Assembly: GCA_003009755.1 (NCBI GenBank)
Contig: PXUB01000003.1
Span: 1-64,000, forward strand
Length of the DNA stretch: 64,000 bases
Direction: 5' to 3'
Origin: Thermoplasmatales archaeon SW_10_69_26
GTDB taxonomy: Archaea > Thermoplasmatota > SW-10-69-26
The notes beneath the pieces were generated by a model that was not told the DNA's origin, did not search any database, and saw only the letters and a list, made by a program, of their open reading frames with translations. Shown here in pieces: positions 30,030-39,274 of the stretch. The first letter of the stretch is position 1. The number at the start of each line of letters is the position of its first letter. The position numbers were made by a program, and so were the translations under genes.

Positions 30030-30484
30030 CTCGGATCTGGCGGATGTGCAGATCTCGCCACCTCGACGACGCCTTCGACGGCGAGGGAGCCCGACGCTAC
30101 GGCGGCCGGTGGAACAGCCCCGGAACCCGGATGGTCTACACCGCGGACAGCGCCGCCCTCGCCACGCTCGAGATCCTCGTCAACCTCGAGCAGACAGCCT
30201 TGCTCGCGGCCTACAACTTCGTCCCGGCCGACCTCGACGAGGAGTTCATCGAGGATCTCGGCAACGACGAGATGCCCGACGACTGGCGTCAGGCCCCGCC
30301 CTCCGAGAGCACGCAGCGCATCGGGGACGAGTGGATCGAAAGCGAGAGCTCCGTTGGACTGAGAGTCCCCAGTTCCGTGGTGCCTGGAGAGAACATCCTC
30401 CTGAACCCCGACCACTCCCACTTCCGGGAGATCGAGGTCCAAGAACCGATGGACTGGGACGCGGATCCCCGGCTTCTGCCCTAG
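30026..30484 (+). CDS. RES-domain toxin (NAD+ phosphorylase family)
   Basis: TTG start overlapping the antitoxin stop, GEGARRYGGRWNSPG..VYTA..LATLE and VPSSVV..NILLNP. Confidence 0.92.
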   Translation: MTRIWRMCRSRHLDDAFDGEGARRYGGRWNSPGTRMVYTADSAALATLEILVNLEQTALLAAYNFVPADLDEEFIEDLGNDEMPDDWRQAPPSESTQRIGDEWIESESSVGLRVPSSVVPGENILLNPDHSHFREIEVQEPMDWDADPRLLP

Positions 30485-30564
30485 TAGCTCACACGTCTCG
30501 TTCCCCTTCACAGTCCGTGGGAGGTCAGTAGGGGCGTCCGACCGAGCGGGGTGGGCAACGCGAA

Positions 30565-30728
30565 CTGGGATCCCCCGCGGCGTCACGAGCGCGCTCACCC
30601 TGCCCAAGGTGCTCGAGTTCGAGGCCGAGCGCCAGCCCGAACGCGTCGCCCTCGTCGAGCACGCGCTCGGCAAGCGCGACGACGACGTCGAGCAGCTGAC
30701 GCTGGAGCTGCTGGAGAGCGTCGAGTAG
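30565..30728 (+). pseudogene. Diverged, internally deleted copy of the 3' end of the Fe-ADH gene
   Basis: Matches 29145-29433 with a 123-nt internal deletion. It ends LLESVE* versus LLEDVE* in the intact gene. Confidence 0.92.
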
Positions 30729-30826
30729 ACGGGTCGGCGTCCGTCTCCGTCGGGTCGAGGACGACCGTGGCCTAGCTGTCCGTCGCCTCGTTGCCCACCT
30801 CGGCCCTCAGAGGTCGGCCGGGCATC

Positions 30827-32788
30827 TTAGGGGGTGGTGTCGTCGCTGTCCACCTGGGCGCCCACGGTCCCCTTCGGGGCCACGGTGCGGTCCACGCCGG
30901 TCCCGCCGGCACCGTCCTCGTACTCGTCGCGACCGCCGCCGTCCAGCAGCGCACCGACGCCCCCGGACCAGCCGCCTCCGTTCGTGCCCCTGTCCTCGGC
31001 GGTGTAGATGTCGTTCCCGGCTCGGTCGAGCAGGAACCCCTCACCGTCCCAGTAGCCGCCGCCGTTCGTCCCTGCACCTTCCGCGGCGTAGGTGTCGTCC
31101 CCGGACCGATCAAGGAGACGGCCTTCGCCTCCGGCAGCGCCACCGTTCGTCCCTTCGAAGCCACCCTGGTACGTGTCGTTGCCCGCTCGGTCGACCAGCA
31201 GACCGCTGGCGCCGTCGGCTCCCCCACCGTTCGTGCCCACGTCGGCGGCAGCGTACGAGTCGTTCCCGGCCTCGTCGATCAAGGTTCCCTCGCCGTCGAA
31301 GTTGGCCCCCTCGTGGGCTCCGCCGTTGGTACCCGACGTCCCGGCGGTGTAGGTGTCGTCGCCACCTTCGTCGAGCAGGAAGCCCGTGCCCGAGTCCCCT
31401 CCTCCGTTCGTGCCCCTGTCCTCGGCGGTGTAGGTGTCGCTTCCGCCTCCGTCGAGCAAGGCACCCACGCCAGCGAACCATCCGCCGCCGTTCGTGCCGA
31501 GGTCTTCCGCGCCGTAGGCGTCGTTGCCAGCTCGGTCGAGCAGGAAGCCGACCCCGTCGGATGTGGCTCCGCCATTCGCACCCGAGAGACGGGCGGTGTA
31601 GGTGTCGTTGCCGGCTCGGTCAAGCAGGGAGCCGGTGCCGAGGTTGTCTCCGCCTCCGTTCGTGCCGTGCGAAGCGGCCGTGTAGGTGTCGTTCCCGGTT
31701 TCGTCGAGCAGGAACCCTGCGCCGAGCGATCCACCCCCGTTCGTGCCGACGCGATGCGCATGGTAGACGTCGTCCCCGCCCTCGTCGAACAGGAAGCCCG
31801 CACCCTCGTAGCCACCGCCGTTGGCACCACAGCTGCGGGGGTCGGTTCGATCTCCGAAGGCATCCTCGCCGTGACCGAGGTCGATCAACGCCGCGGACGC
31901 ATACTCTCTCGTCTGGAGGAGCTGGCAAGTCCCCTCGGCGAGGTTGCTGCCACCGGCGTTGTTGCGGTAGCGGTCGTCGCCTCCCCCGTCGACCAGCACA
32001 GCCACGTCTTCCTCGTAGAGGTTGTCGCAAGAGGTCAAGTCGATCGAGAACGCAGGTGCCACGGTGAGGGGGTCACAGGCGGTCTGGGCCCCCGACTGGG
32101 GGAAGGCATCCTGTAGCCGGGTGGCGGCCTGGAGGACGTGTGTTCGGGACGTGAGGATGGGTCCCAGGTCTACGCCCGCCTCGGCCAGCGGGGTCGCACC
32201 CCTCGCGGAAGCGCTCTGGTGGGACGGACGGTCGGGGTCGACATCGGTCCCGGATGCAGCCATCGCGGCTTGGGGGCGCACGGTTCCCGGGTCGTAGCCC
32301 TCGTAGGCTCGCTGCGTGGCGGCATCGAAGGCCAAGAAGGCGTCGACGAACCGCGTCAGGGCATCGTGTTGCTCCGCGGGGAGGGTGTCGAGAACCTGGA
32401 GGGCCCGCCGGTCCTCGGACGAGGGTGTGGTGTTGTGGCGATCCATGAGCGTGGTCAAGGCATCGCTGGGCGAGCCATGGTGGGGCACCTCCACGTCGGC
32501 GAGCTCGGCTCCGTGCTGGTTGGCCTGCCACTCCGCCGCCTGCCGGGTCAGGCTCACCCTGTCTGCCTCCAGCGTGACTGGGGCCTCGGTCCGGCTACCG
32601 ATCGCGCTGGCGTCCACCGAGAGCCGCTGGGCTACCGGGTCCGGGAGGAGCGGCAGGTGCAGCCGATCGCGGACGTTCGCGTCCGCTGACGGGGACGCTG
32701 CGGTGGCGGAGGTCGCCAACCCCAACAGGACCAAAGCCACCACGCCCACGCCGACGATCGCCCAAGATAGGGATCGCGTAACCGTCAT
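30827..32788 (-). CDS. Secreted protein with ~27-aa GTNGG..G.LLD..G.DTY repeats
   Basis: Signal peptide and regular repeats. Its C-terminus DRTVAPKG..GAQ.D is shared with 24167-26221. Confidence 0.85.
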   Translation of the reverse strand: MTVTRSLSWAIVGVGVVALVLLGLATSATAASPSADANVRDRLHLPLLPDPVAQRLSVDASAIGSRTEAPVTLEADRVSLTRQAAEWQANQHGAELADVEVPHHGSPSDALTTLMDRHNTTPSSEDRRALQVLDTLPAEQHDALTRFVDAFLAFDAATQRAYEGYDPGTVRPQAAMAASGTDVDPDRPSHQSASARGATPLAEAGVDLGPILTSRTHVLQAATRLQDAFPQSGAQTACDPLTVAPAFSIDLTSCDNLYEEDVAVLVDGGGDDRYRNNAGGSNLAEGTCQLLQTREYASAALIDLGHGEDAFGDRTDPRSCGANGGGYEGAGFLFDEGGDDVYHAHRVGTNGGGSLGAGFLLDETGNDTYTAASHGTNGGGDNLGTGSLLDRAGNDTYTARLSGANGGATSDGVGFLLDRAGNDAYGAEDLGTNGGGWFAGVGALLDGGGSDTYTAEDRGTNGGGDSGTGFLLDEGGDDTYTAGTSGTNGGAHEGANFDGEGTLIDEAGNDSYAAADVGTNGGGADGASGLLVDRAGNDTYQGGFEGTNGGAAGGEGRLLDRSGDDTYAAEGAGTNGGGYWDGEGFLLDRAGNDIYTAEDRGTNGGGWSGGVGALLDGGGRDEYEDGAGGTGVDRTVAPKGTVGAQVDSDDTTP

Positions 32789-32842
32789 CCGTGCGAGCCG
32801 CCCAGCGGGGAGAACCCGCCGTGCGCGGAAAAACATGAGGTC

Positions 32843-33337
32843 TTGCCGCCCAGTTGGGGCACACCTCTGACTGCTCCGGCCGCCGCCGACCATGGCGCTG
32901 GACAGAAGTTCGTGGAGATGCAGGTTGGGCAAGCGCCGCTCCCGACGGCTGGCAACCACGTTCACCTCGACCCCGCCGACCCGGTCGGCACAGAGCGGAC
33001 CGTGGCGACGTTCGAGGTCCCCGACCACGACGATCGGTTCTACCTGCACGTGACCGAGGTCCAGACCAACGGCGCGGCGGTCGAGTTCAGCGACCGCATC
33101 ACCGCCGTCAGCCCCGACGGTAACCGAAGCGAGGTCGGCGGCTACACGCCGAACGGCAACTTCGTCGCGGTCTGGGCCTGCTACGATCCCCCGGCTCCGT
33201 TCTGTTCGGATGAGCGCCATCCCGGCCTGGATCCACCCCACGTGACCGAGGCCGGAGACGGGGAGTACGAACTCCGGTTCGTCGGCCTCACGTCCCTCAG
33301 CTACACCGTCTCCGTGTACGGGTTCGTCGACGGATAG
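32843..33337 (+). CDS. Paralog of the adjacent secreted protein, signal peptide apparently damaged
   Basis: GAGQKFVEMQVGQAPLPT matches GAGETFVEMEIGDAPAPT. There is no intact hydrophobic leader in frame. Confidence 0.6.
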   Translation: MPPSWGTPLTAPAAADHGAGQKFVEMQVGQAPLPTAGNHVHLDPADPVGTERTVATFEVPDHDDRFYLHVTEVQTNGAAVEFSDRITAVSPDGNRSEVGGYTPNGNFVAVWACYDPPAPFCSDERHPGLDPPHVTEAGDGEYELRFVGLTSLSYTVSVYGFVDG

Positions 33338-33377
33338 TCCCCGAAGTCCTTATCCACGCCGAGACGGTTCGACTGAC

Positions 33378-33896
33378 ATGCGATGGAGGTCCGGGCTCGC
33401 GGTCTGGGTCGGTCTAGCGATGGCGTTGCTGGGGATGGCTCCGGTCGCCGCCGACGACGGCGCCGGAGAAACGTTCGTCGAAATGGAAATCGGTGACGCA
33501 CCGGCACCTACCGTCGGGTACACGACCGAGACGGACGGCGGTTTTCCCGCCGACCGGGGACGCACCGTGGACACCTTCGAGGTGCCCGACCGCTTCGACG
33601 AGTTCCACCTCTACATGACCGAGAAGCACACCGAGGCCACGACGCGCGCCGAGGTGTGGGAGAGCTTCACTGCTGAGGCGCCCAGCGGGGCCTCGGTCCA
33701 GGTCGGCGGCCACACCGGCGGCACCGGGTTCGGGTTCAGCACCTGCCTCCCGCCGGCGGTGTCCTGCACGTACGAGAAGCACCCCGGATCGAACCCGAAC
33801 TACGTCAAGCCGGCCGAGGACGGAACCTACGAACTCCGGGTGGAGGGCGTCGTGACCGGCACCTACACGGTCACCGGCTATGGGCTCAGCGGGTGA
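33378..33896 (+). CDS. Secreted hypothetical protein
   Basis: Signal peptide ending APVAA and a Cys pair conserved with the upstream paralog. Confidence 0.75.
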   Translation: MRWRSGLAVWVGLAMALLGMAPVAADDGAGETFVEMEIGDAPAPTVGYTTETDGGFPADRGRTVDTFEVPDRFDEFHLYMTEKHTEATTRAEVWESFTAEAPSGASVQVGGHTGGTGFGFSTCLPPAVSCTYEKHPGSNPNYVKPAEDGTYELRVEGVVTGTYTVTGYGLSG

Positions 33897-33917
33897 GAGC
33901 CTCGGCTTCCGGGCCGC

Positions 33918-34150
33918 TCATGCGCCCCGCGGGTCGACGAGCCGGAACCCGATGTCCGAGCCCATCTGCTGATCGAACGCCAGCTGCCTGTTCAGGTACG
34001 CCAGCGATTCCAGGTAGCGCGCATTCGCCAGCGGGCCGGCATCCGTCGTCTCGAACCCGATATCCTCGGCCAACGAGACCGCCTCCCGGCGAGCCTGCTC
34101 GTCGCCGGCCGCGACCACCGTCAACGGTTCCCCGCGCACGTCGCCGGACG
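33918..34150 (-). pseudogene. Orphan C-terminal fragment of an NADPH-dependent F420 reductase / NADP oxidoreductase family gene
   Basis: VVAAGDEQARREAVSLAEDIGF...DAGPLANARYLESLA. The N-terminal Rossmann motif is missing. Confidence 0.65.
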
Positions 34151-34233
34151 GAGAGGCTTCCGAGAAAGGAACTGTTCGAGGACGCCCCCTCCCGGGGCCG
34201 CCTCGTGACCGACCGAGCCGCTGAGGCTCCCCG

Positions 34234-34400
34234 CTATTCGAGCGTGCGGCGCTCGGCCTGCTGTTGCTCGATCGCCTTGAACAGGGCCTTGAAGTTGCCC
34301 TTGCCGAACCCTTGGGCGCCCCTACGCTGGATGATCTCTCGAAGAACATCGTCGGGCGATCCTGGATCGGGTTCGTGAACAGCTGCAGCAGGTAGCCCTC
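34234..34400 (-). pseudogene. Diverged copy of the 3' end of hppD
   Basis: Matches 35477-35641 with a 2-nt insertion. It ends QQQAERRTLE* versus QQQEERGTLE* in the intact gene. Confidence 0.95.
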
Positions 34401-34464
34401 GTGACCCCTGGACGTGAGTCCACCTTTCGAAACCATCAAACCGTCGCCGCTGCGTTCGCGATGC

Positions 34465-34785
34465 GTGCCGAACCGACGGAGAGACGCCGCGAGGGAGTTC
34501 GCCCGCCGGCTCGAGCAGTTGCTGGGCGACAACGTGCGGTCGATCCTCCTCTTCGGATCCGTGGCCCGCGGCGAGGACGACGCTTCCAGCGATGTGGATC
34601 TCCTGGTGATCGTTGAGGACGAAGGCGAGGTGCCCGATCTCTCTGAGGCAATCGGGTCCTGGATGGTGGAGCACGACGAGGTTCTCCAGCTCCACGTCGT
34701 CTCGCGGGAGAAGTACGAGGAGCTCCGTTCCAGAGGCACCGCGTTCGCCAACACGATCGCAAGAGAGGGCGAAGCGCTTGCCTGA
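34465..34785 (+). CDS. Minimal nucleotidyltransferase (MNT) antitoxin
   Basis: LLFGSVARGED..SDVDLLV and IAREG. Confidence 0.9.
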   Translation: MPNRRRDAAREFARRLEQLLGDNVRSILLFGSVARGEDDASSDVDLLVIVEDEGEVPDLSEAIGSWMVEHDEVLQLHVVSREKYEELRSRGTAFANTIAREGEALA

Positions 34786-35173
34786 CGGAGCGGACCGGGA
34801 AGCGCAGGCGACCTTCGAGGAGGCCGAGCGGTTCCTCGACGAGGCTCATCGCCTCCACCGAGCGGGTTTCTCCGGGCCCTCGCTTCGATCCTCCTACTAT
34901 GCCTGTACCACGCGGCGCGAGCTCTGCTCCGTCTCGAGGGAAGCGACCCGAAGACACATCGCGGCGTGGTTTCCGAGTTCACGCGCCTCCTCGTGCGCGA
35001 GGGACCGTTCACGGAGGGAACGAGTGGCGACCTCAGCCGGGTCCTGTCAACGGTTGGAGAGCGACTATGAACCCGGCTTGGAGGTCACCCAAGAGAAGGC
35101 CAACTGGGCCCTGGAACGCGCCCGACGATTCGTGAACGAGGTAGGTGACGAACTGGCGACACGCCTGTCGTGA
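34778..35173 (+). pseudogene. HEPN-domain protein with two compensating frameshifts
   Basis: After SYYA, the family-like sequence (YHAARALL..PKTHRGVVSEF) continues in another frame from about 34906 and returns at about 35048 (QRLESDY). Confidence 0.8.
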
Positions 35174-35337
35174 GGTCCAGCCGTCGGACGAGGCAACCTC
35201 GAAAACGGAGCTGGCGAGAACGAGGGGATGAGAGGACGACCCCTCCCGGGGCCGTCTAACCGGCGGTGGACGCGACGATGCGAGCGAGGTCGGCGACGAA
35301 CGAGCGGACCGAGGCAGGGCGTACGAAGAGATGAGTT

Positions 35338-35433
35338 CGGCGTGAGCGGTCGCTGACGAGGAGCGCGAAGCAGGGATACCCCTGTGGTATCCCGATGCAG
35401 CGCAACGACCGTCAGCGGGACCCGCTCACGCCG
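35338..35433. repeat. Nested inverted-repeat (REP-like) element downstream of hppD
   Basis: CGGCGTGAGCGG/CCGCTCACGCCG, CGCTGACG/CGTCAGCG and GGGATACC-CCTGT-GGTATCCC. Confidence 0.7.
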
Positions 35434-35476
35434 GCCTGCCGAGGGAGCTCGTGAGGCAGCCGACCGACCGAGCCCC

Positions 35477-36637
35477 CTATTCGAGCGTGCCGCGTTCTTC
35501 CTGCTGCTGCTCGATCGCCTTGAACAGGGCCTTGAAGTTGCCCTTGCCGAACCCTTGGGCGCCCTTGCGCTGGATGATCTCGAAGAACATCGTCGGGCGA
35601 TCCTGGATCGGGTTCGTGAACAGCTGCAGCAGGTAGCCCTCCTCGTCCTGGTCGACGAGGATGCCGAGCTCGGCCAGGTCCTCGAGCTTCTCGTCGATGT
35701 CTTCGACGGGGATGCGGTCGGGCAGGTCCTCGTAGTAGGTCTCCGGGGCGTCCAGGAAGTCGACGCCGCGGCCGCGCATCTGGTCGATCGTGGTCAGGAT
35801 GTCGTCGGTCGTGATCGCCAGGTGCTGCACGCCCGGCCCGGGGTAGAAGTCCACGTACTCCTGGATCTGGGACTTCTTGAGGCCCTCGGCGGGCTCGTTG
35901 AGCGGGATCTTGACCGACAGGTCGTCGTTGGCCATGACCACGGACCGCAGCGCGGTGTAGTCCGTCGAGATGTCGTCCTCGTCGAACCCGACGAAGCGCT
36001 CGAAGCCGAACACGTCCTCGTAGAAGCTGGCCCAGGGCTCGAGACCGCCCTCCGGCAGGTTGCCGACGGTGTGGTCGATCGTGCCGAGGCCGACGTCGCC
36101 GGCGCCGTCCGCGTCGTCGTAGGGCTCGTAGCCGGGCAGGAACACGCCGTCGTAGTCGGAGCGGTCGACGAACGTGTGCACGGTGTCGCCGAACGTCGCG
36201 ATCGTCGCGATCTCGACGGTGCCATGCTCGTCCTCGAGCGTCTCCGGCTTGCGCACCGCGACCCCGTCGTCGATCTCGCCCTGCGTGAGCTGATCCTCGT
36301 AATCGCGGGCGCGGTCGAGCGCGGTCTGGAACGTGTCCTCGACATCGTCAGCCGCCAAGGCGACGTCGCGGACGCCGTCGGTGTGCAGAGCCACGTGGTC
36401 GGCGATCGTGGTGTCCGGCGTCATCGGCGCCGTCAGGACGATCCGGATGTCCCCCTGCTCCATCACGTAGCTGGCCCGATCCTCCACGTCCGTCTCTGGG
36501 CCGGCGTAGGCGACGGGTTCGAAGCCGTACGCGTGTTCGTAAACGTAGGCCGCCTGCTTGGCGTTCCCAACGTACAGTTCGACGTGGTCGAACCCCTCGA
36601 TCGGGAGCTGTTCCACGTCCGTGTCGTTCGAGGTCAC
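35477..36637 (-). CDS. hppD: 4-hydroxyphenylpyruvate dioxygenase
   Basis: DHVELYVGNA, IDHTVGN, PLNEPA, GPGVQHLA, LLQLFT and FFEIIQRKG..GFGKGNFKALF. Confidence 0.97.
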   Translation of the reverse strand: MTSNDTDVEQLPIEGFDHVELYVGNAKQAAYVYEHAYGFEPVAYAGPETDVEDRASYVMEQGDIRIVLTAPMTPDTTIADHVALHTDGVRDVALAADDVEDTFQTALDRARDYEDQLTQGEIDDGVAVRKPETLEDEHGTVEIATIATFGDTVHTFVDRSDYDGVFLPGYEPYDDADGAGDVGLGTIDHTVGNLPEGGLEPWASFYEDVFGFERFVGFDEDDISTDYTALRSVVMANDDLSVKIPLNEPAEGLKKSQIQEYVDFYPGPGVQHLAITTDDILTTIDQMRGRGVDFLDAPETYYEDLPDRIPVEDIDEKLEDLAELGILVDQDEEGYLLQLFTNPIQDRPTMFFEIIQRKGAQGFGKGNFKALFKAIEQQQEERGTLE

Positions 36638-36762
36638 CCTGAGCCCTCCATGACCCTGAACGGACGGCGCCGCGATAAGGGTTGTGTGTCACCGCGTGCC
36701 ATCGACCGCGCGCAAGGTGCCTTGTCGAAGAGTACAAGGGTCCGGGCGAGCTGGCCGGGGTG

Positions 36763-37536
36763 ATGGACGACCTCGAGCTGCTCCGCTCGATGGCCGACGA
36801 GGTCGAGGCGGCGGTCGGTGACCTCTCCCTGAAGGAACGAAGCGAGGAGGCCGGCATCGGCGCCGACGGCCTACCCGCCCACCGCATCGACCGCGTCGCC
36901 GAGCAGGCGGTCTTCGACGTTCTCGAGGGATCCCCCGCCGAGCTGAACGTCTGCTCCGAGGAGCACGGGGTCGAGGAGGTCGGCGCGCCCCGCACCCTGA
37001 TCGTGGACCCCGTCGACGGCACGCGCAACGCCCGCCGCGGCATCCCGTTCTACTGCGTGTCCCTGGCGATCACCTCCGGCGGCCTCGATCGGGTCGAAGC
37101 CGCCCTCGTGCGCAACATCCCCGCCAACCAAGACTACGTGGCCGTGCGCGGCGAGGGCGCCTACTGCGATGGCGAGCCGATCAGCGTCTCCGCCTTCGAT
37201 CCCGAGGAGGCGATCCGCAGCCCGATCCTCGTCTCGCCGGTCGGCACGGTCGCCGCCGGTCCGCTCGAGCAGGCACCCAACGTCCGCGGCCTCGGCGCCG
37301 CCGCGCTCGAGATGTGCCTGGTCGCCCAGGGCTCGATGGACGCCTTCCTCCACCTGACCGAGGGCCTGCGCATCGTGGACGTCGCCGCGGGCCTGCTCAT
37401 CGTCGAGGAGGCCGGCGGCAACGTCGTCGCCCCCGACGGCTCACGCCCCGAGCTCCCCGTCGACCCCAGCGCCCGCACGAGCCTGGTCGCCGTCGGCGAC
37501 GAGACCGTCCTCTCCGATCCGGAGGTGGCAGCGTGA
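36763..37536 (+). CDS. Inositol monophosphatase family (FBPase/NADP phosphatase-like)
   Basis: SEE, VDPVDGT and DVAAGLLIVEEAGG. Confidence 0.9.
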   Translation: MDDLELLRSMADEVEAAVGDLSLKERSEEAGIGADGLPAHRIDRVAEQAVFDVLEGSPAELNVCSEEHGVEEVGAPRTLIVDPVDGTRNARRGIPFYCVSLAITSGGLDRVEAALVRNIPANQDYVAVRGEGAYCDGEPISVSAFDPEEAIRSPILVSPVGTVAAGPLEQAPNVRGLGAAALEMCLVAQGSMDAFLHLTEGLRIVDVAAGLLIVEEAGGNVVAPDGSRPELPVDPSARTSLVAVGDETVLSDPEVAA

Positions 37537-38348
37537 AGCTGGGCGTCAGCGGCCGCGCCGACATGGACCGCCGCGTCGAACTGGCGCAGGAGGTCGTCGA
37601 GACCTGGGAGAAGGTCGCCGGCGACACCCCCTCGATCGAGCCCGCGCTCGCCGACGCCCTCGGTCGCGACGGCGGCACCCCGGTCGAGGAGATGGACGCC
37701 GAGATCATCGTGCCCGTCGGCGGCGACGGCACGATCCTGTGGACGCTGATGAAGAACCCCGAGGCCCAACTGCTCGGCGTCAACGACGGCGAGCTCGGCT
37801 ATCTGACCGAGGTCGAACCCAACGAGATCCCCGACAGCCTCGAACGCCTGCACGCCGGCGACTACTTCGTCGAAAGCCGCAGCAAGCTCGACGTCACCCT
37901 CGACGGCGAACCGCTGGGCTCGTGCGCCAACGAGGTCGTCGTCAAGACCCCCCGCCCGAGCAAGCTGTTGTCCTTCGAGGTCTACGCCGAGGACCACCGC
38001 CTGGAGGACGTCCAAGCCGACGGCATCATCCTGGCCACGCCCACCGGCTCGACCTCGTACTCGATGTCGGCCGGCGGCCCGCTGGTCCACCCGGCGCTCG
38101 AGGCCGTGCTCTTCGTGCCCATGGCACCGTTCCGCGTCAGCCAACGCCCGATGGTGCTGCCCGCCTCCAGCGACGTCCGCCTTCGGCTGCAGGAGAAGGG
38201 CAAGGAGGGCGTGCTCGCGCTCGACGGCCAAAGCGAACACCGCATGGAGCCCGGCGACGAGCTCGTCGTCAGCCGCTCGGACGACGAGGCCCGCTTCGTC
38301 CGCTTCGAACCGCACTTCTACTCCCGCCTGCGGGAACTGTTCGGGTGA
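37533..38348 (+). CDS. nadK: NAD(+) kinase
   Basis: GGDGT, NEVV and [22 protein letters not shown]. Confidence 0.95.
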   Translation: MKLGVSGRADMDRRVELAQEVVETWEKVAGDTPSIEPALADALGRDGGTPVEEMDAEIIVPVGGDGTILWTLMKNPEAQLLGVNDGELGYLTEVEPNEIPDSLERLHAGDYFVESRSKLDVTLDGEPLGSCANEVVVKTPRPSKLLSFEVYAEDHRLEDVQADGIILATPTGSTSYSMSAGGPLVHPALEAVLFVPMAPFRVSQRPMVLPASSDVRLRLQEKGKEGVLALDGQSEHRMEPGDELVVSRSDDEARFVRFEPHFYSRLRELFG

Positions 38349-38788
38349 TCCTCGTGGGGTTCATCGACTGGCTGCTCGGCCGAGAGGACGAGACCCCCAA
38401 CCAGCGCCAACGCAGCGAGCACCCCGTCCAGAAGATCGAGAAGGAGGTGCTCGAGACGATCATCGAGTCCGCCAAGGCCGCCCACCCCAACGAGTTCGCC
38501 GGCGCGCTCCGCGCCGAGGGCGACACGATCACCGCCGTCCTGCTCGTGCCCGGCACCGTGCAAGGCGCCCGCCACGCCGTCATCCGCATGAACCGCTTGC
38601 CGGTCGACCGCAGCGTCGTCGGCGTCGTCCACAGCCACCCCTCGAAGAGCGCCCGCCCCTCCAAGGAGGACCTCCAGCTCTTCGGCAAGCACGGCCACAC
38701 CCACATCATCATCCACCACCCCTACACCGAGACCACCTGGCGGACCTGGAACCACCGCGGCGAACCGGTCCACCTAGACGTCGTCTGA
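38345..38788 (+). CDS. JAMM/MPN+ metalloprotease domain protein
   Basis: HPNE...VHSHPS..RPS..D. Confidence 0.88.
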   Translation: MILVGFIDWLLGREDETPNQRQRSEHPVQKIEKEVLETIIESAKAAHPNEFAGALRAEGDTITAVLLVPGTVQGARHAVIRMNRLPVDRSVVGVVHSHPSKSARPSKEDLQLFGKHGHTHIIIHHPYTETTWRTWNHRGEPVHLDVV

Positions 38789-38976
38789 CCCCCCTCCGCT
38801 CTGAAACGGGGGCGGCGAGTTCCCGATTCCGCTCACTATCTGGGACGACGCCGGTCCTTGTTATGGCTGCTCTGGCGGCCAACTTCGGCCGTTTCGAAAT
38901 CGAAGGTCGCCCGAAATTTCCCAACGCTTACATAGGCCGTGTTGGGTTAGACGGCAACCCCGAGGGAGACCTTCCA

Positions 38977-39216
38977 ATGACGCACGTGATCGCCGAACCC
39001 TGCATCGGGACCAAGTCCGGAGACTGTGTCGACGTCTGCCCCGTCGACTGCATCTACGAGGAGGAGGAGATGTTCTACATCCACCCCGAGGAGTGCATCG
39101 ACTGCGGGGCTTGCGTCGCCGTGTGCCCGGTGACGGCGATCTTCACCGAGGGCGACCTGCCCGACAAGTGGTCCGAGTACAAGGAGAAGAACCGCGAGCT
39201 CGCCGGCCTCGCGTAA
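38977..39216 (+). CDS. Ferredoxin (7Fe dicluster type)
   Basis: C-x7-CVDVCPVDC and [12 protein letters not shown]. Confidence 0.93.
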   Translation: MTHVIAEPCIGTKSGDCVDVCPVDCIYEEEEMFYIHPEECIDCGACVAVCPVTAIFTEGDLPDKWSEYKEKNRELAGLA

Positions 39217-39274
39217 GCGACGTATCGACCACCCGTCGCGAACCCTGAAGGCCCCCGGCGAGCATTCCAAGCCC

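Noticed and set aside
36763-38348. Frameshifted bifunctional NADP phosphatase/NAD kinase
   Set aside because: The junction is a normal GTGA overlap with a GGAGG RBS, so these are two coupled genes.
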